DNA of 64,000 nt from Obrimoposthia wandeli (taxonomy: Eukaryota). A program made the position numbers and the translations under genes. Of the stretch, positions 46,581-61,147 are shown piece by piece. The notes beneath the pieces are model-generated. The model was not told the origin of the DNA. It did not search any database and saw only the letters and a list, made by a program, of their open reading frames with translations. Within the stretch, counting starts at the first letter, position 1. Each line of letters begins with the position of its first letter. Where the stretch lies: the NCBI GenBank assembly GCA_977020255.1, contig CDROCS010003742.1:496001-560000 (forward strand). Reading direction: 5' to 3'.

Positions 46581-48299
46581 CAACATTTTAAAGTATTATT
46601 TTGACTACAATTACTTTCTAAATAATATTTTTCTTCACTTAGATCCATTTTAAAAATGTTTATTTTGAGTTACTAATAGTTATAACATATTAAAACAATT
46701 TAATAAATATTTTAAGGATGATAATTCTTTATAGTATAAAAATTGAAATAAATTATTAAATTTAAGTAAATATAACAAAAATTGTAGACATAATGTTTTA
46801 ACTGTTATTTAATAAATTAAAAATATTTTAAAATGCTTAGAAATATCTGAATTTTAAAAAAATATGAACAATAAGTGTGACGTAAGTACCAGCGGTATTT
46901 CAATATGGAGGAAGTTTTATAGAGCAGCCTATTAACTTAAGTTTACATAGTGACAGTTACTATACAGTTCGTATTGATACAGTGAAGATAGGTTTTTTCT
47001 ATTATTAAATATGAAATTTTGACTAATCCTTAGATTAATTAGTTAAAATTTAACAACTCACTGATTTTGATGTCAATAAATAGTTTAAATGACTTAATCC
47101 TAGTTGGATTAGGCATAAGACAAAATATGTTCCATTGGTAAATGTTAAAGTTACTATCCAATAAAATTTATCAAATATGTTCGTATGTTACGTATGTTAA
47201 TCATTTAAGTTATTTATAGGTGCATTTTGTTTTAAATATATTTGTTGTCGGTTTGAGATTCGCTCAATTTTATGTAAAAATAGGAAGAAGAAAATTCTCG
47301 TATTTTATCGTTTAATTGATTCTTATCTTATAACACAAAACTCATTAATGTGAACTTATATTCTGTATCATAGCATATAAAATTATCTCTCATAAATACT
47401 AATGTAATATTTTGGCAACCTCGCCAGATAAAGTCAGGTTCATCTGTATTTTGGTGCATCTAACGTTTAGGTGAGCGATGTTATTGATTTTTTCTGAGAT
47501 GATGAGAATTCGTGTTATTTTATTTAATGGCTCTTCAGTTACATCAACAATATTGATGCATTGAATGATGCTACTTAGTAGATTTATTTAGGAAACTACG
47601 AGAATGTTTATAACTCTTAAAAAACTTTCGGTTTAGGTCCAGAAACAGACAATCAATTAGATTATTAAAAGAAATTGGTAATATTTATAGTTTTAACTAA
47701 GAACATGTTAGGAACAAATAATTTTTTTTTGAAAAGAGTAAAAGTTTGAAATTAATCAAATCTTAAATAATTTAAAATAGGTTTATTTATTCTCAGATGA
47801 CCTGGGCTGACTATATTAGTAAGAATAAAAATCGATGTCGTCAGTACAATCAGAACTTAGTAAACAGGAAAATTTAGGTCCGTAAGCCAAATGCTTGTTA
47901 CATAGTTTATTTTAAAAATTATCTAAAAATTTCATTTTAACAAACTTTTAAACTATCGACCCATAACGTTGCCTTTAGCATCACCATTTAGTTCATTTAA
48001 AATCATAGTTTATTAAAACATATACCAAACCCCAAATGTATTATGAATGTCCAAAAATATGGCATATGATATCAAATATCAGAATTGTGATTTATTTTTC
48101 AACCTATAATCTTTGATTTACTTTCACTTATTCAAAATATTTAAAATTTTGATGATATTTGCTTTTATAAGACAAACACTGCCAAACACGAAATACTAAC
48201 CTTTAGATTTCAGATTAAATAGTTTTTTTTGTCTTATCTTCATCACCGGCGGCCATTGCGTAAATCGCTAATGCTGCTTTATTCTTTATATTCTTCTCA

Positions 48300-50106
48300 A
48301 TCTCTCTCGCCTTCCGTATGGTGCTGTCAAAATTATTTGTATCCGATACTGCCAATAATACTTTAATGTCTTTTTTCAGTCATACTCTGAATATATCTAA
48401 CAAAACTTCTGCCATTTCTTTTGGTTCCGATTATCTTCCGCTAATTGTACATCTTCAGCTACAGGTTCACCTGCCTCATTTCTCAATATTTTTCTTGGAT
48501 GCACTCGTGCAGCCAAGGTTCTCAAAACATACGCGTATTCATTCACGCTCTCATCATGTTTATGTTTCCGTTCTCTCAAAATGCGCTTATTCACCTTTGC
48601 TAAATCTCCCAATACCAATTTTTCTATAAAAGCATTTTCCAACGTTTCTCAATCTGCACGTTCTGCTTCTGTCAAGTGTTTATACACTTCGAGTGCTAGT
48701 CCTGTCAAATATGCTTGTACGCGGACACACTTTTCTCTATCTTTCTATCCTTGAACGTCTGTGCAGCTTGAATATTCTGCAAGGAAGTCATAAATACTTT
48801 CCTCATCTCCTTTAAAGTTTGTAATCTGTAATGATCCCGAAAATTTGTATCTCAACGTCGCATTTAAGGCTTGTGTCAACGGTTCTGCATTCATATTACC
48901 TACATTATTTCCTGATTGAGCTCCTGTGTGAGCCATGTTTTCAGCTATTTCTTCAATATTATTCAATACAATTTCCTCAATCTCTTCTGGATTTGCAACT
49001 TTAATATCTTCTTGATTCACAACTTCAATAACTTCAGCTTCTTCATGGTTTACTTAACCAATCAAATCAGTCAATTCAAAACTGTCAGTTGAAACTGCTG
49101 TTTGATTAACGTCTCTTTCTGATACGTTTTCTTCGATTTTAGCTTATTCTATTACTTCTTTTTCTGCTCGATGAACCAGTTCAACTTGGCTCAAACTATT
49201 ATTATTTATATATTCTCGTGGAATCTAACTTTTTCTTTTAGTATTAAACGCGGATCCTTTTTTATTATTCGTTGTCTTATCAATTATGTATTCGTTTATT
49301 TCTTACGATATCGATTTACTTATTACTTTTATCAAATTTTTCACTATTATTTTACAAATTATTATATCAATTTGTCTCTTCGAGGAACTTATCTACTCGA
49401 TTTATCAACCTATTTAATTTATCTCTTCGAGGAATACATCTACTCGATTTATCAACCTATTTAATTTATCTGATCAAGGAATATGTCTACTCGATTTATC
49501 AACTTATTTAATTTACTTTCTTCGAGGAACTTATCAACTCGATTTAATCACTTATTCCCTTTGTTTACTTTGAAGAACTTATCAACTCGATTTAAACACT
49601 TATTCAATTTACTTACTTCGAGGAACTTATCAACTCAATTCAACACTTATTCTCAATTTTCTTATCTCAATTTACTTATATATTCTTCCTGTATAAGTTA
49701 TTCTCAATTCGCTGTCTTATTCTACGTGAATTCGCTGTGTCCGACGAGCTATCCTCAGTCGGGGCACCAATTTAATATGTTGGGGTTTCTATTCGAAACT
49801 AGATCCTCTTAGGGAGGTCCCCAACGTGAGTTCTGTAATAGATCTTACATATGTATGTGGCCTATATTTTGATGTTTATTCTACTTAGTCTCAGTTCTGA
49901 AGGTTTTGTTTTGTTAATGTATTGGGGTGGTGTAAAGAGTTGTGTTCACAGTACACGAAAAGGTTTCCGCTACTGTAGTGTAGTGTGTTGAGGGATTTGT
50001 GACGTTCTGATCTTATATGGAATTAACCGAAGTCACTCTGCTCGAATTGTAGGAAAACACTATATTAATTCCCACTTAGCTAAAAGGGTTCTAAAAGTGG
50101 ACAACA
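48300..50106 (-). mobile_element. Truncated Gypsy LTR retrotransposon: probable LTR, PBS, repeat-rich leader, decayed gag
   Basis: gag-like FKGDEESIYDFLAEY...YLTGLALEVY...LENAF...ESVNEYAYVLRTLA. PBS TGGTGCCCCGACTGAGGAT at 49769-49751. A TGTTG...CAACA-bounded candidate LTR spans 49778-50106, and about 44-bp leader repeats lie at 49370-49650. Confidence 0.75.
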
Positions 50107-51512
50107 ACTTGTCTGTTTACACTCGCTTCAGCATAGGATAGACAATAATTACCTTAGCCTAACGTATTGATTTTATATTTTTTCTTAGTAATTCGGGCGT
50201 TCAATTCTATTAATAGTTGTTGCTGTCAAATGAGTTTCTCTTATCTAAACAACTTTTGGTTCAAATTTATTTTGTACACTTAAATTTCAGAAAGATTTTC
50301 AGATTATAATGATACTTTAATTCAAACTCTTTTTAGATTATCCTCAATATCAAACTCAAACTTTTAATTCAAGTACTTTTTTTTTATTATTCTCCAAACA
50401 CTTTTAGTAGGTGGATATGAGGATTCCGGGCCAGTACCCCTCCCCTGATGACTCAAACGTCAATCATCTCAATCTCGATTGTGTTGCTCAGACTTGTTCA
50501 ATTACTCACGATCATCGTTCTTGGCTTATGATGACTGCAAACCTGAACTCTATCACTACATGTCACTACTTGCAACTGTCATATCGCTCGAACAGCTGAC
50601 TACAGCTTGTAATGACATTTTTCTGAGCGATGTAAACAAAAGTTTCGTTTGCATTACTAGTATGAAATTGTATTTCTCTGATATTATATTATTTGGGTAA
50701 TTAAAAATGTTTAACTATGATTTTCTTATTTTAATTTAATTTTTATATTTTATTCAACTATTTGATTACTTCATTAGCCAAACACCATTGGTCATGCAAA
50801 AATATTAATTTTTTTAGTAATGAAAAAAAATTAATTTAATTTAGTTAACATAATAATTACTTTAAACAAGTTTTCGGTTTTAAAACAATTTTTCATGAAA
50901 TTTTAGTGATACTTCAAATTAAACATAAATATATATCATTTAATATAGTGCTAATTTATAGTGCTGATAAAAGCTATAGAAAAGCACTAAACTCTGTTTA
51001 CTTTTTGAAACTATTGTTAAACATAAGACTTTTTGAATAAAATCGTTTACAAATGCCCTTTGTCTAAGTATCAATATTCTTGGAATTCGAAAGGGCAACT
51101 GATTATATAATTTTCCAATATATTTTTAATAGGAGATATTCTGAACTTTTTGAAGTTCTAAATAAGAGTAATATGTTTTCTTTATCATCCTGAGATATTT
51201 GTTAGCTTTTTATACATTTCTATAAATAACATATTGCTTAAAAACGTATTTCTATTTGTATTAATTGATTTTGGTATTAATTTTAAATTGAGAAATATTA
51301 CATTTAATATCCTTTATCTTTATCTTATCTGTTATTTAAAACAAAGTTCCACGAAATGTTAATTTTTTAAATCATAAAAACATATTTTTATTAAATCATA
51401 TTAAAATAAACAGCATAAAACTTTAATATTTTTTCATGGGATTATTTAACCATGTAGATCTTGACTATTCACTTGTCAATAAATACAATACATAACAATA
51501 ATATACAAAACA

Positions 51513-52400
51513 TCAGAGAATCTTCGTCTTTAAATATATACGACCCAACGCTTCAAATAATGATATCATAAATGATTCTGAAGCTTGACATACATTAAAA
51601 TGTATGGTTAGGCTTGTTTTAGAACCGTATACAAACCTAACTAGTTTACCACTATCATCTCTAATATTAACTTCTATATTGTTTATAGATAACGAAGAAA
51701 CAGGCAAGTACATTGGATGATCAATTGGAACATGTATAATATCTCCATATTTATGTTTTTCTTGTTATACCCAAATAGACTTAAGCAAAGGCACACGAAT
51801 ACCACCAACAATTATAGGTTCTATTAAAATAGTGTACATGTAAATTTCATTGGATGCATTTGATAATTTAGGAGTATTAGATGCCTTAAACACTTGTTTT
51901 TCATTTTCAAAATCATATTTTGCAAACCCGATAATTGTGGCTAATGATTTATCTATGATAATTTTAACAATATTTTGTTTCAATTTGAATTGAATCAATT
52001 TATTAACTAGTTTAAAGTTTTCAAATACATTTGGTAACATTGTTTTAATACGTTTACACATGCTTTCACTTTCTGGAAAAAGAAAGTCATGATAATTTCT
52101 CTTGATAAACCAATATATATAGGGCAGGCAATTCTAGATTTATCTAAATTACGAATGTAACAGCTGCAATATGAAGAGCTGCAGAGATATCGAAGAATGT
52201 TTAATTGTAGTATTAAAATAGTGTTGATGTTAACTAAGATAATCAATTGCTACCTAAAATGATATCTAATGGTTTATTGGACACATCAAATTATCCAGAT
52301 AATCATCCTTTATATAATAATTTGTTGAATATCATGGTCGGTAAATTTAAGGATGAAAGTGAAGGTTGTAAATTTAAAGAATGAGTGTTTTTGATCAATA
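51513..52400. pseudogene. Relic Polinton fragments: penton C-terminus (minus, 51513-52061) joined to PolB motif-C region (plus, about 52080-52400)
   Basis: GIRVPLLKSIW and IEVNIRDDSGKLVRFVYGSKTSLTIHF. On the plus strand: LDKPIYIGQAILDLSKLRM*QLQY...FNCSIKIV, then QLLPKMISNGLLDTSNYP...GKFKDESEG. Confidence 0.85.
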
Positions 52401-55400
52401 ATGCTTTCTTCGAGATGTCCATGTTTCTGCTTGATTGTCCAGAGTCCGTAAGATTCAGATATGCTGAATTCATTATAAAGTTGCTTGAAAACAGATCTTT
52501 TGAATTTACTCAGAGGTATAATTTCTTCTTCATCATCTGAAATTATAATTGTTTCCATACTGGATATTTATGGACCATATATGATTTCCCGCGCCTTTTC
52601 ATCCTGACAAACAGTATCATACATTCGACATATTTCTTCATCTGTAGGTTCTTTCTCTTCTTGATCTCCATAAATACTAATGTTCTTCTTGTCAAGTTCT
52701 TTTTTACATTTAAAAAGCTTGAAGTTCTTCTTATCGAGGAGTTGTTGTCCCATTGCATTGTGATTATGAAAATTTCTAAAATTGATTATGTTTAAATAGT
52801 TGAATAGTGATATTATGTAATGATGATTCAGTACAAAGATGAGTAAATAATTATAATAATCGTTTTCTTATTTGATTCGGGATTTTATATATTAGAGGGC
52901 TGTAATATACTTAATTTTAATATATTTTTATATTTAAAAGCTTAGCTTTTACGTGGAAAACTATGATTCTCAGCTGTTTCTCTAATTGAAAAAAATTATT
53001 TAACTGATTTAACGTTATTTTAATTTATAATTTATTTATAACAAAGAATTATAATTTGAACTAATTTTATTAAAAAAAGTTAATTTAATCTCATTTTAAA
53101 TTTTTTTCACAAAACATTATACACATTTTAAATAGTATGTAAGTTTAAAAGACAACTTTAAACTTGAATAAACCAGAATTCCTTAATAAGAATTATAAAA
53201 TTCGTGAATTCGCAGTGATTTATGTGTTAGGACCAAGAAACCTAATAAACATGACTAGAAATAAACAGAGCTCTCACAACAACCATTGCAGTTTTTGATT
53301 TTTATCTATAATATATTATAAAACTTTTGAATATGATGAATTTATTATTTGTAAGTAACTAAATTTTGTCAAATATTTATTTAAGTACATTCAAGCTCTT
53401 GTCCTGTCAATGCAACCTACAAAAACCCTACACACAAGACTAAGGTGATTTATCGATCATGAATACTGCTAATAACAAAATCAATACAACACTACCTCTC
53501 TTACCTGGAAATGATTGGTGCTGTCTGCAACATTAACATACTTCCAGACTAAACTAGGTACTTTGATAGGTTTGACCAAAATTAGGGTTTGAAAAAATGC
53601 TCATTATTTAGAAAATAAATAACATAAATTAACTTAAATATATAACAATTCTAATTTTTAAAAAAGATCACGTCTTTTGAAACGTAGTAATTTTTTAGCT
53701 GCATACATATATTGATATAAACTTTATTTTTAAATATTATTATCATTGATTTATCTTTTATTAAATATAAATAAAGATAAAAACTTTAGAAGTTGTATTA
53801 TTATTATATAATAATATGGAATTATGTTTTGTTTTTATATTAGATGTGGTTAACATTACTTAAACAATTTGAATTTCCTTGATGTAATTATAAATTTGAA
53901 ACTTACATTTACAATCTATTATTGTCATATGAAACAATATAAAGAGATTAAAAGTATTACATTTATATAATTTTATTCAAATTTTCTTATTGTAAAAATC
54001 CAAAGTAGAAAAATACTTTTTTATAGAATTTTAAAGTTTTCAATCTGAAATGAAATATCTAACTAAATTATATTAATATAAAAATTAGATTGAGTTTTTT
54101 ATTTTATTTTGCAGAGAATGTCAGAGGAATTGCATTAAAATGTACGAAGAATATAGTTCCCAGTTTGTTATAATGTATGATTGCATTATTAAAGGCATTT
54201 TCTACTATAAAATATACTTTGAAATGATAGTATTTCACTTCTGAACCTATGAGATTTATTATCAAAGTCTCAGATATATGGAAAAAGTCACAGTTATATC
54301 AAAATTGATTATTTTTGTACCGATAAAATTTCAAATTAAAAATTTTTCATCTTAATTGTAAATAAAAATCTGATTGATGAGGTTATTAACGATAGACTGC
54401 TCAGTAATGCGAAGTTGGTTGATGTTGGATTTCGATTAGGTTATGATGGATTTCGATTAGGTTAGAGCAAATAATAATAGAGCCAAGATAATGCAAACAT
54501 AAAACATTTATTTAATATATACAGATAGATCATTAAAAATGAATTCAATAATACATCAATATATATTACCACAGATGTAATCCTTGGCAATTCAAATCAA
54601 ACTAAAATCTATTATTATTACTATTTCTATTAATACAATTATTATCATTAAAATTATTAAAATTATTATTATCATTATTATCATTATTATTATTATCCAG
54701 CATACATTATCTACCGACAACTTTATTTTAATTTTGTACTTTATTGAATTTAAATCAACTTACCATTGATTATCAAGTGATAACATGTATACTTTCATTA
54801 TTCCACATACCATCAATATATTAGCCAATTATAATGCTTACTTTCATTATTCAGCCAATAAACAAGAACACCAAATTACATTGAACTATTTAATTTATGA
54901 ATAAAACTCGATTAACCACAATTTCTCTATTACTATCGTTTAATAGTATCAACCAAGAGTAATTTCTAATTCTCTTCATAATTACACCATGTATCGATTT
55001 ATGTTGCTTCCTGAATGTCACCATTACTTTATCAACTAACATAAAATCTTTACATGTGCTTCTCTTTTTCATATATTCCATCATAACTTCTAATCTTAAC
55101 AATAATATGGTTGTGTTCATTAATTTTATGAAAGATTTTGCTCATCTGTCGCCCATAAAATAAACAAACGGAGTTTGACCCGTCTTAGCTGCAGTGGTTG
55201 ATCTGATATCAAAAAGAGCTTGTTAGACAGCATCATCTACACCATATCCATCAAAAAATAGTTTATCCATTCTTTATTAGATAGTACCATGAAATCTCTC
55301 AATTATTCCATTTGATTGTGGATAATAGACGCTAGAAAATGCATGTTTTATGCCTAACTTTTTCAGGTACTCCGCTAATTTTTCAATTCTAAATGATGAA

Positions 55401-56465
55401 CCATTTTATGTTACTATTCGTTTGGGTATACCACATAACGCAAACAACTGATTGTAACTTTTATTAATACACTTTGTATTCGAATTACTGACTTTGAACA
55501 GAAATTGAAACCTTGAGCACCAATCAATTACATTTAGAAAAGTACATCCTTTTAAACGATCTGAAGGACCGGTGAAGTCTAAGGAGATTGTATCCTTCAT
55601 GTAACATTGGTTCTTTTACTTTAAGTAGTGCTGGCTGGTCCATAGCAAAATGCTGACATGTATTGCAACGACTTAACAAATATTTAATTTAATGTCGCAT
55701 ATTGAACTTATAATCTTGTACTCGTAAAAGCCATCTCTGTATTCTAGTATTCGACTTATCGATCGGCTTCTTAAATAAGGATATAAATGAAATATTATCA
55801 GTAGATAAAGTGGATTTTCTTTCTATTAGATACATTTTTAATTGTTCCACTCGGAATAACACTGCTAGACATTTTATTTCTCAATTTGAGAATATTGGAT
55901 TTCTCCATCAAGTACTTTTTTTTGATACATATGCTACTGGCTGATTATGCTGCAGTAACACCGCTCCTAACCCGTAGCCACTAGCATCTGTCCTTACCTA
56001 TACATGCGATTTATTATCGAAGTACTTTAAAGGACTTATTTTAGTCAACTCGCTTTTTAACCTCCAAAGTTATTACTTACATATTCAGTTCATGTAAATT
56101 CTTCTGTTTTCAACATGTCCTACAATCTTCTTTTTAATTAAGAATAGAATTTCTGACCTGCATAACCAGCTAAACCTAAGAATGTACATAACTCTGCATG
56201 ATTTTCAGGTTTTGGGTATGACTTTAATACTAATACTTTTGGTTTATCCGGTTTTATTCCATTAGATGTTAACATATGTCTTAAAAACGTATCTGTACCA
56301 ACCAAAAAGAATGCAAATACTAAGTGTTTTCTATTTTCTTCATCCATAAGAATTTGATGAAAACCCTTTTCCCATCAAGGATTGAGAATAACTTTTCCCA
56401 ATTAACTTTACTATTATTTCTGAGAATGAAAGTATTTGGAATGACTCTTTTATAACTGCACTATT

Positions 56466-57701
56466 GTTGGGTAATTAATAAAAATTAATTAATTTAAAGT
56501 CAATTTAAATTGACATTTTATAGTTATCTAAAGTGCCCACAATTAGGGAGGTTTTTCAAATTCAGCCTCCGACGGGGTGGTCCCGTTTCGCCCTGCCGGG
56601 CTCGTCAGGAAGGCGGCATATAGATAAAAATAGATTTATGGCAGAATTTTCCGCCCAGTTCCTCTCTAGCGGCGGATACCGCAGACTTTGATGAAAGCAC
56701 CGCAACCTGACCAACAGCGCAATCTCCCTCTCTCTCTACTGTGTACCAACTTTTCGTGGGCCCCACACCATACTGCCTCTAATTCACCCTCCACACTGCA
56801 CCAGTCCTCGAACACACAAACAGAACCAGTAGACCGAGATCAGCCCAAACAGCTCTCCGGACCTCCCAACAGATTTGGTCCTATTCCACCTTCCTTCCCC
56901 ATCATCGGCCAGAATCATCATCAACATCATCCTCAATTCACCTATACATCCCTCTTTATGTTGTGTGTATGCGGGACCAGTTGCGTTCCCCAGTCAATCA
57001 CGCTCTACCAGAAAAGACAGCGGATGTAATTGCGGTTTGATGCAATTTTTCTCTCTAGCTGACAACAAACAATATGGCAGCGGTGGCAACAACAACGGCG
57101 ACTCTCCCAGCGCTGCTGATCCCGGCTACCCACTCTATCACATCGGCGGTCTTCATCCTGGTCTTCCCTCTCTCTCTTTATCTGCTAACACTAACATGGC
57201 ACTATACAAACACAAATTACCGATTATAGTTCTGATTATCACTGCCGGATCTCTCTCGCTCTCTGTGTCGCCAAGTCTCCTGTGCCTGTGTGTGTGTTGG
57301 AAAGTTAGATCGATTGGCAATGTTACTATAAATAGCGGTGAAAGAAGCGAATTTGGCAGTCAACCGAGAATAATCGAACACTGAAATCATAATTAATATT
57401 ATCGTCAGAATTTCTTTACACAAATATTATTACAAAATAAGAAGAAGAAGAAATTCTCAATTGAAACCTTAACAATTTACTTTTGAAGACAAATAAACTG
57501 AAGACAAGAAATCTTTTACTGTCAATTTACTCAAAAATTTGGTTATAATAAATTGTGGATTATTATAACATTTGGAATTCAATTTGGTGGCGTAAACATT
57601 ATTGGTTATAATAAATTGTGGACTATTATAACATTTGGAATTCAATTTGGTGGCGTAAACATTATTGGTTATAATATATTTTCTGGATCGGACTTCTTTA
57701 A
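56466..57701 (-). mobile_element. 1,236-bp insertion in Gypsy RT with 7-bp TSD, carrying a hammerhead ribozyme (Penelope-like or retrozyme-like)
   Basis: CACTATT flanks both ends (56459-56465, 57702-57708). Removing it restores VDFRHHNSAVIKESF. No TIRs and no TG...CA termini. Confidence 0.7.
56565..56614 (-). ncRNA. Type I hammerhead ribozyme
   Basis: GCCUUC-CUGACGA-GCCC(GGCA)GGGC-GAA-ACGGG(ACCAC)CCCGU-C-GGAGGC: complete core, three stems and a GUC cleavage triplet. Confidence 0.88.
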
Positions 57702-58107
57702 CACTATTATGGTGTCGGAAATCAACATATAACCTCACATCTTCATTTTTCTTTAATACTGGTACAAGTGGAGAACACCATTCATATCCACTCACCTCTT
57801 CTATTATATCATCTTTGAGCAGTTTATTCAATTCATTTTTCACTGCATCTTTTATAGGTAGTACCACACGTCTTTGTGCACAACATTTGGCTCAACCAGT
57901 TCATTTATCTTAATTTTATATTTAATATATCGGATACACTTATTCTTTACACTGTCATCTTTCAGGAATGATACCGAACACACCGGTAGTGCGATCACAT
58001 TCAGGTCACAACATAATTCAACACTTACTAAAATGTTATCTGAATTAACTGAAACCTCATAAAATTCGGTATATAAGCATTTCCCTTTATACATTACTAC
58101 AAAAGTA

Positions 58108-59430
58108 TATGATGAGTCTAAAAAATTTCCGGACTGACCTAATATCTTTAATCACAGACACTTAAACCTAAATTTTCTTTTGCGAATAAAGGTTCATATT
58201 ATTAGTAAAAAAATATATATAAAAATAAGTATTTTAAATAATATATTTAATCAATATTTAAGTTTATTTAGAAATTTTATCTTCAATTGTTGCGAAATGC
58301 AATTCTGTAAAATGGATTACCGATCTTGTATATTTTTGGAATTTAAAAGAAGCGTATCTGCAACAGAAATTCATAATAATCTACAAGAAATTAATTTATA
58401 TGGATGTCCCAGTCAAACAACTGTATTTGGATGGTATTGTAGATTTAAAAATGGAAATGAATTTTTTTTTGACAATCCAAGAAATGGAAGACCAGTTACA
58501 AGTCTCACTCAAGTTAACATTGATGCAGTGAAAAATGTATTGGATGAAGATCCAAGAATTAGTCTACAAATGATAAGTGATGCAATTAGTGTAAGCAAAG
58601 ATTCCACAAGATCAATTTAATTTGAAAAATTGGGATTTCGTAAATTATGCTCTAGGTGGGTTCCCTATCACCTTTCAAATAAAAACAAAGAAGATAGAGC
58701 AATTTTTTGTAAAGAAATGGTAGACTTATTTCAATATAATTTAATAAACAATTGTAAAAACATTTGGGTAACTCAAGATGAAACATGGGTTCTCTACGAA
58801 ACTCCAAGCACTAAGTCACAAAACAAATGTTGGCAAGATCCAAAGGTACCTCGTTTACAAGTTGTGAAGCCAAAATTGACCAATCACAAAGTCTTACTGA
58901 TGGTAGCATTTACTGCGAATAAAAACTCTATATACAAGGAGTTTCTAGTGGACAATATGTAAATTCCAAAGTGCAAAAAATATTTATTTGGAATGTAGGA
59001 GAAAATTGGCGCTGTTGTAAAATAAACCAAACCTAGTTCTCAAAATTATGGTGGCAGCATGATAATGCAAGGTCACACACGTCTTTAGAGACTTCACAGT
59101 TTTTACAAAGAAGAAACGTTTTTCTAATAAAACAGGCTCTATATAGTCCAGATACAAATTTATGCGATTGCTGGCTATTTAAAATTTTAAAATCTAAATT
59201 TAGAAAAAATGCATTTAAAAGCAATCGTGAAATGATAGATTATTCGTGCCAAGTCATGAAGTCTCTGAGGAAAATGAATACGAGAATCAAATAAAGAAAC
59301 TTATTGTGGATTGTAAGAAAATAATACAGTAAGTGGTTGTTGTATTTCTTAAATATATGTATTATTCTTATTTTTATATTTTCAATTAGATTATATTAGG
59401 TCAGTCCGGGAACTTTTTAGACACACCATA
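58108..59430 (+). mobile_element. Mariner (DD34D) DNA transposon, inactive, 1,323 bp
   Basis: About 38-bp TIRs (TATG.TG.GTCTAAAAA.TT.CCGGACTGACCTAATAT) with TA duplication. Transposase motifs WVPYHL, TQDETW, QHDNARSH and YSPD with stops and frameshifts. Confidence 0.93.
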
Positions 59431-61147
59431 TATTATATTCTAATATGTTTAATTATGGTTATTATATGTAGTTAATTTTAAAGTGGATGGCTTCCATCTC
59501 ACATCCGGGAAAAACTTTAATGGCATTATGTTTACAATGGAAACGAATCAATTATACACGTAAGTATTTTTATCATTTCTATTTAATTTACATTCAGGTA
59601 ATTTACGTCTAAATTCCTAAAGATTTAGAATCCTCTCTGTTACCATATTTATAGCTTTCTTTGTTAAGCAAAACTTATCATAATGAAATATTTTACCACA
59701 CTTATGGCACTTAATACTTTTTGCCTACAGTCAGAATTATTCGCTAAATGTTTGACAGGTCAGCAGTGGAAACATGTCGTGTGATCTTTAACTTTATCAT
59801 AATTACTATAATTATTACCTATTTTCTCATAAGATTTACTATCATAAACATTAGACACATTTGGTTTTACGGCATTTACTTTGCTATCCTCGTTTGTGTC
59901 ATTAACATTATTAACAACTACACCATCGCTGCATTCATTTATTATTACCCTATGCGATACAGTTCTTTCACATGATTCAGCCTTTTTTATTGAAAATTCT
60001 AAACTTAATTTATTATGATCCTCTACTAATAAAGTTTACGCTAACTTATCATTATGAATACCAAATATAAAATATATTGTATCAACTCAGTTGGGTTCTC
60101 CCATTCTTTCGACATACGTCTTAAGCTTAACACGAACTCGTTAATCGATTCGTTTTTGCCCTGTTTTAACCCAAAATATTTCCCCTGGATATGAAGATCG
60201 ATTCATTATAATTGTTATACTCCTTAAATCTCTCAAACATATCTGTATATTTATCTTTAGGTTCTTTCAAACCATCAAAAATATCCAATCCATCCCTCCC
60301 CAATGAATTTAAAAATATTGGTAATTTTTCAATTCTTTAATGCCATTTCTTTTAATTAAATTATCAAACATTCTTATAAAATGTCTCAAATCATCAATTT
60401 TTTGTTTATTTCCCAACATAGGCATATTGCCACTACAACCACCCTATATTTTATTAGACATTAGCGGTAGATAGGAATGAAAACTATGGAAATTAAACTA
60501 GTAGAAAAGAAAAGTGCTGAAAATGTATTGCAATTGTTTTTTTAACGCTATAGTTTTATTTTGTATAACTATTCAATATTGAATTATAATTAAATATACT
60601 ATTTAGTATAGATAGGTTCAAGAGAAATCTAGTTTTTGTGACCAGGAATTGAACCATTGAACTATCTCAGTAAAGTAATCATTCCCAACAACCTAACTGA
60701 GAATCTCTGAGTAAGATAAATTCATTTATAGCTCATAGTAGCTGATTTTTATTTAATATTTATTTTAACAGTCTATTTATTTATATTTCTCAATTAAATA
60801 TCAGTTTTAATTGTTAAATAATAATGAAAACCCAATTTTGTTAATTAATTTATAATTACATCTTGATAATATATTATAGCATCTATTTTTTGTCATTTAT
60901 TTTGTCATTTTTCTGTTCTTTTTCGTTATAATATTAATATAATTAAAATGTTTTTTTAATTTAATTAATTAAAAATGTTATGTTCATATGATTACTTTTA
61001 AATATTTCCACATACATAATAAGTTTATGTTTAAACCTTTTCGTTTTAATTTCGTGTACTTGTTGAAAAATGAAATTTATAAATTTCTGCATTTCAGTAA
61101 TTTTTACTTTAACTTAAGCATACAATTTTTCTAAAGCGTATTATTAG

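Larger units (their letters stand above)
54890..60400 (-). mobile_element. Decayed Gypsy LTR retrotransposon (gag, protease, RT, RNase H, integrase) interrupted by two later insertions
   Basis: gag ESINEFVLSLRR and knuckle CHKCGKIFHYDKFC (about 59700-60150). RT WCSPLVPVLKK...VRLYVDFR, KGFHQI and FLGLAGY. RNase H TDASGYGLGAVLLQ. Integrase LDFTGP...VIDWCSRF...YPQSNGIIERF. Many stops; LTRs not resolved. Confidence 0.85.

Noticed and set aside
60625-60720. tRNA-like B box (GGTTCAATTCC, minus strand)
   Set aside because: No cloverleaf could be folded; at most a decayed SINE head.
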